64,000 nucleotides of DNA from Balanoglossus misakiensis. Taxonomy: Eukaryota > Animalia > Hemichordata. The stretch spans positions 5,828,001 to 5,892,000 of the forward strand of contig CM082590.2 of NCBI GenBank assembly GCA_040954595.2, read 5' to 3'. Below the pieces are notes generated by a model, which was given only the letters and a program-made list of their open reading frames with translations, was not told where the DNA came from and searched no databases. Shown here piece by piece: positions 62,904 to 64,000 of this stretch (the stretch's first letter is position 1; the number at the start of each line of letters is the position of its first letter). The position numbers and the translations under genes were made by a program.

Positions 62904-64000
62904 CTGTCAAAACAACGAAAGAAAAATAAGGACCATCAGTGTACACGTCCATGCTGTGATGGATAATACATGATGACATACAAGTTGACATTGGCATTGA
63001 AAGGGTTAAAGGGACAAAGTCTCTTTCTCACTGCATTTTTTCCAGTAATTATGTTTGATACAAGACACCGTTTATCTTATTCTACATGTGGACATACAGT
63101 GAATCAACGTTCAACATCACACAACTTCCATCCGGTTTGTAGGATATGAGAGTAAAAATCCTGCCAAAATGAATTAATGGTAAAGGTCGATTAATTATTT
63201 CGGCGAGTTTTTCACTCTTAAGTCTACAAGTCTACAATCTGATCTGAGAGGCTTCAAAACCGTCTTAATAGTGTGTGTGTGACACCCATAAGACGTGAGA
63301 CCTTTAAAAAAAAAACGGAGACAATGGGACGCCAATAGAAGAGGATAGCTTGTTTGAATGCCACAATACAAGTGACAACGGCTATTGACGCGAACACAAC
63401 CCGAGTTACGCAACAACGTTTGGTGACAATAACGAAGACAGCAAGCTCTCCGGTTTGTACAAAAACACAAATCAATAAAATCTACCCTGGCGAGTTTAGC
63501 CTTGGAGCAAGTCAGTTTCGTTAAAGGGACTAAGTCTCTCTCTATAGCTGTGCTTTTTCCATGAATTATGTTTAATACAAGACACCGTTTTTGTTATTCT
63601 ATCTACATGTGGATATATAGTGAATCAACGTTCAACCACACACAACTTCCATCCCGTTTGTAGGATATGAGAATAGAATCTCGCCCAAAATTCATTTTGG
63701 CGAGTTAATCACTCTCATATCATACAAGCGGGATGGAAGTTGTGTGTGGTTGAACGTTGATTCACTACATATCCACATGTAGAATAATAATTAATATAAA
63801 CAGTGTCTTGTATCAAACATAATTAATGGAAAAAGGGTGTGAGAGAGACTTTGTCCCTTTAATGCAAAACATGCAAATTCATTGATAATTCTAATTTGCA
63901 ATTCTCCTAAATATTGCCTAGAGACAGACAGAGGAACGAAAGTGAAAGAGAAATTTAATAAGTTTCTTTTACAAATATTTGATATTGAAGATGTCCTTCT

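Overview
Eukaryotic, intron-rich, AT-rich invertebrate-type genomic DNA. No prokaryotic features and no CRISPR array are present. The + strand carries one spliced gene (1013-46585, about 1300 aa) encoding a kinase-less ankyrin-ROC-COR-death-domain (DAPK1-like ROCO) protein. Its ankyrin array is built from one-repeat-per-exon, phase-0 cassettes in three families (A, B, C) with near-identical introns. Amino-acid changes between cassettes fall almost only at the ligand-contact positions, so the locus resembles a natural 'DARPin library' or diversifying immune receptor. The B/C cassettes lie in a duplicated module that ends in a 225-bp tandem array (about 36, 27, 4 and 2 copies), and the array unit folds into a ~150-nt sense-strand hairpin. 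The introns also hold an ISL2EU-type DNA transposon with interleaved THAP-DDE transposase and SWIM-YqaJ nuclease genes, a hAT relic, LINE fragments, MITEs, and five long hairpin elements with tandem G.A mismatches. The - strand carries the 3' part of a convergent DLGAP/SAPAP (GKAP-domain) gene (57191-62903). All calls were made by eye; no database searches were run.
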